Below, piece by piece: positions 61,755 through 64,000 of a stretch of DNA of 64,000 bases. The notes below the pieces were generated by a model. That model saw only the letters and a list, made by a program, of their open reading frames with translations. It was not told the origin of the DNA and did not search any database. The first letter of the stretch is position 1; each line of letters opens with the position of its first letter. Made by a program: the position numbers and the translations under genes. The DNA is from Veleropilina oligotropha (taxonomy: Eukaryota), in the NCBI GenBank assembly GCA_048128005.1, contig JBEUKZ010000127.1, positions 186,001-250,000 on the forward strand. Reading direction: 5' to 3'.

Positions 61755-62426
61755 CCGTCGATTTATTTGAAAACTACCTGCTCAATTTTCACCAAAATTG
61801 GTACACACATTTCCACGAGTATTTGTAGGTCGTGTATATAACTTTTGCGACACAATATTGCAAAAATAGGCATTAATTAGGCACTTTTATGCATATATGC
61901 TATATAACGTATGTCAAATAATTCTAGTAAATAACAATGACGTCATTACGATGACGCTTTAGATTAATTGTCATTGAGTGACGTCACAATAGACGGGGTG
62001 GTACAGTCTTGCCATTGTACGCCGCTTCCCTCGCTTCGATAACATAGGCATAGTGTCTGTGTGTCGACTAGGCGGTGCGCAATACAAGTAATTTCACCGG
62101 TGCACATAAATAAAATATCCGTTACAAAGAATATCGTTGCAACCCACTACATCGCTCCTCAAGTCACAATATAAGTTTTACCATAACATAAAACTAAGAC
62201 CATGGAGCGGTCAAAGTTCGGGATACATCGAGCCAATAGTGGCAATACAATTATGTCAATAAACTAGTTGAAAGAATCAATAATTTATTATTAAATTTTT
62301 AATAACAAAATTAAATATTAGTTTAAACTTTGTACCCGGTAATTAGTTTTAATAATTATATGTATATATGTATCATATACATGCCATATCTGAGTGCTCG
62401 TTTCTAGGTAGCACCTACGACATATT

Positions 62427-63205
62427 TGCTGCGTTTTTTTGACTTCTGGTTACAACCAAAGTGACTTGTGGTTGTAAACAAAAAAGTGTTTGACGCTTTG
62501 GTTACAAACAGGGATCTCTCATTGTGCGCCCAAACCTAACCAGAAAAAGGAGCTGTTCCACTGTTTGTGGTTACAAGATGGCCGCCTCCTCGTCAGATCT
62601 AGCGCCAAGTCTTTTCCAATATTATTATCCAATTCGACAAGTGGACAACACTTTAATGAAGGACGACAATGGCTTTCTGGTCTTTGTCCATAAAATAGGT
62701 GCGTTGTATGAAATAACGATCTGAAATTACTTCAATTCGGTATTTTACCATCGCTAATCGTGCTAAGTGCCAAGGGAGACAATCGATGTTTTGTACGAGT
62801 AAATAGCTTATCCGGCAAATGCAGTCTAGATTATAACAATTTTACATATTATATGCCTATAACCTGCTTCAAATTGACGTCGTCGAATGAATTTGAATGG
62901 ATTAAATTGTACATGAATAACATTGGATTTATCCAAAATTAGCTCTACAAATTTACTATCGATGGAAAGCCGTTTTGCAATCGATTCTTGATGTATAATC
63001 AACATATCATCGGCAGATATATCATCATCCATTAACATGGGAACAACAACAGCTAGAATGTCATCCATTTTATTTTGCCTGTTTCTAACCAAAGCGTTTT
63101 TTTCACTCTTGGTTACAACCAGAAATTTGGTTGGAACACAACAGTGGTAACATTTTTCTGGTTAGAACCTGAGGTTACAACCACAAATGTCAAGAAAACG
63201 CAGCA
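62427..63205 (-). mobile_element. Non-autonomous PIF/Harbinger-like element near the EMG1 exon 1 donor
   Basis: TIRs tgctgcgttt(t)ttgac / gtcaagaaaacgcagca, 3-bp ATT on both flanks, repeated ggttacaacc subterminal motifs, short decayed ORF MDDILAVV... Confidence 0.6.
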
Positions 63206-63356
63206 ATTATCATGGAAGGATAGCCCGTAATACCAAGTGATACCTACTCGTCAAAACAAATCACTACAGCAGGGGAGATAATTCAGCCAATAACTATCAT
63301 TACTTTTGGCTAAACACTCAAACAATATATGGTAATCAAAATACTTAAGATTTTAC

Positions 63357-63482
63357 CTTCACAGTTTCCAAAGATGCTTTCTCCAATACCACAATTAAAC
63401 GCTTTTTCGATATCCCTTTCTTCACATTTTTGATAATCGTCCCCCTCTCGCCATCAGCGTGGTCATTAATGGAGGCTGCCAT
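63357..63482 (-). CDS. EMG1: EMG1/NEP1 18S rRNA pseudouridine N1-methyltransferase, coding exon 1
   Basis: MAASINDHADGERGTIIKNVKKGISKKRLIVVLEKASLETVK then donor |gtaaaa; RLIVVLEKASLETVK is the conserved EMG1 N-terminal motif; phase 0. Confidence 0.9.
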
Positions 63483-64000
63483 CTTTGTTATTATTCTCGA
63501 CACAAAGTGGATTGAATCATATTTTTTATAAATAATAGCAAATACAGTGTTGTTAAGAAATTTAAAATTAAATATGTTGTCATTCATATTTCAAATAATA
63601 TAACTAATTATAATTTTTATGTATTGTCTTCTAACGTGCGATATTGTACGAGAGTTCAAAATCATGTTTATGTTTACCTTTGCAACCGACACGTGCTAAC
63701 AGTAATCCAATGTACATTCGCGAAAGTATAAATGGATGTTAGCTTCATGTTTTGCAGCCACATTTATTCAATGCTTAATAATGGTACTTGCCCCTTTTCT
63801 CAATGATAGGCATCAGTAAATATGATGGAAGTGACGATCGCCACGACCGTCGTGCCAACTAATCCGCATGGTCGTGTCGATAATATTGTTTATATATATT
63901 TATCGGCATGACCAGCTGATGACTGGCTATCTTCTTAGGGAGTGGCTATTCACCCGGTGACCGGGCGCGTATAAACATCGCAAATGGCTATTCACCCGGT

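Noticed and set aside
63483..63587. Longer EMG1 N-terminus from the upstream ATG in the ORF track
   Set aside because: AT-rich extension with no EMG1 resemblance; ATG 63482 (aagATGg) gives a normal-length protein
63938..64000. Repeated ggctattcacccggt at the right edge (and gacgcat-rich repeats at 1-175)
   Set aside because: Probably ends of elements cut by the window; too little sequence to classify

Overview
AT-rich, repeat-dense animal genomic DNA; the repeat repertoire suggests a marine invertebrate, probably a mollusc (inference). Two host genes, both SPOUT-class rRNA methyltransferases, lie tail-to-tail: the last coding exon of MRM3/RNMTL1 (+, 1839-2458) and a complete 6-exon EMG1/NEP1 (-, 63482 to 3930, 230 aa). 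EMG1 intron 1 (about 45 kb) is a stack of nested mobile elements. A satellite-bearing Helentron-associated (HINE-like) element is split by an insert containing a DIRS1-type tyrosine-recombinase retrotransposon (24805-57726, with ITRs and an ICR). That DIRS contains a second, younger DIRS copy and a 20.6-kb palindromic DNA transposon (25568-46160). The palindrome's roughly 9.3-kb inverted arms each carry an outward-facing, disrupted Academ-like DDE transposase of about 1000 aa, and the unit is flanked by a TAAAA duplication. This foldback element is the most unusual object in the window. The rest is minisatellites, a 9.8-kb composite satellite/HINE array, an L2 fragment, tRNA-derived SINEs and MITEs. 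Most ORFs in the supplied track are artefacts of repeats.
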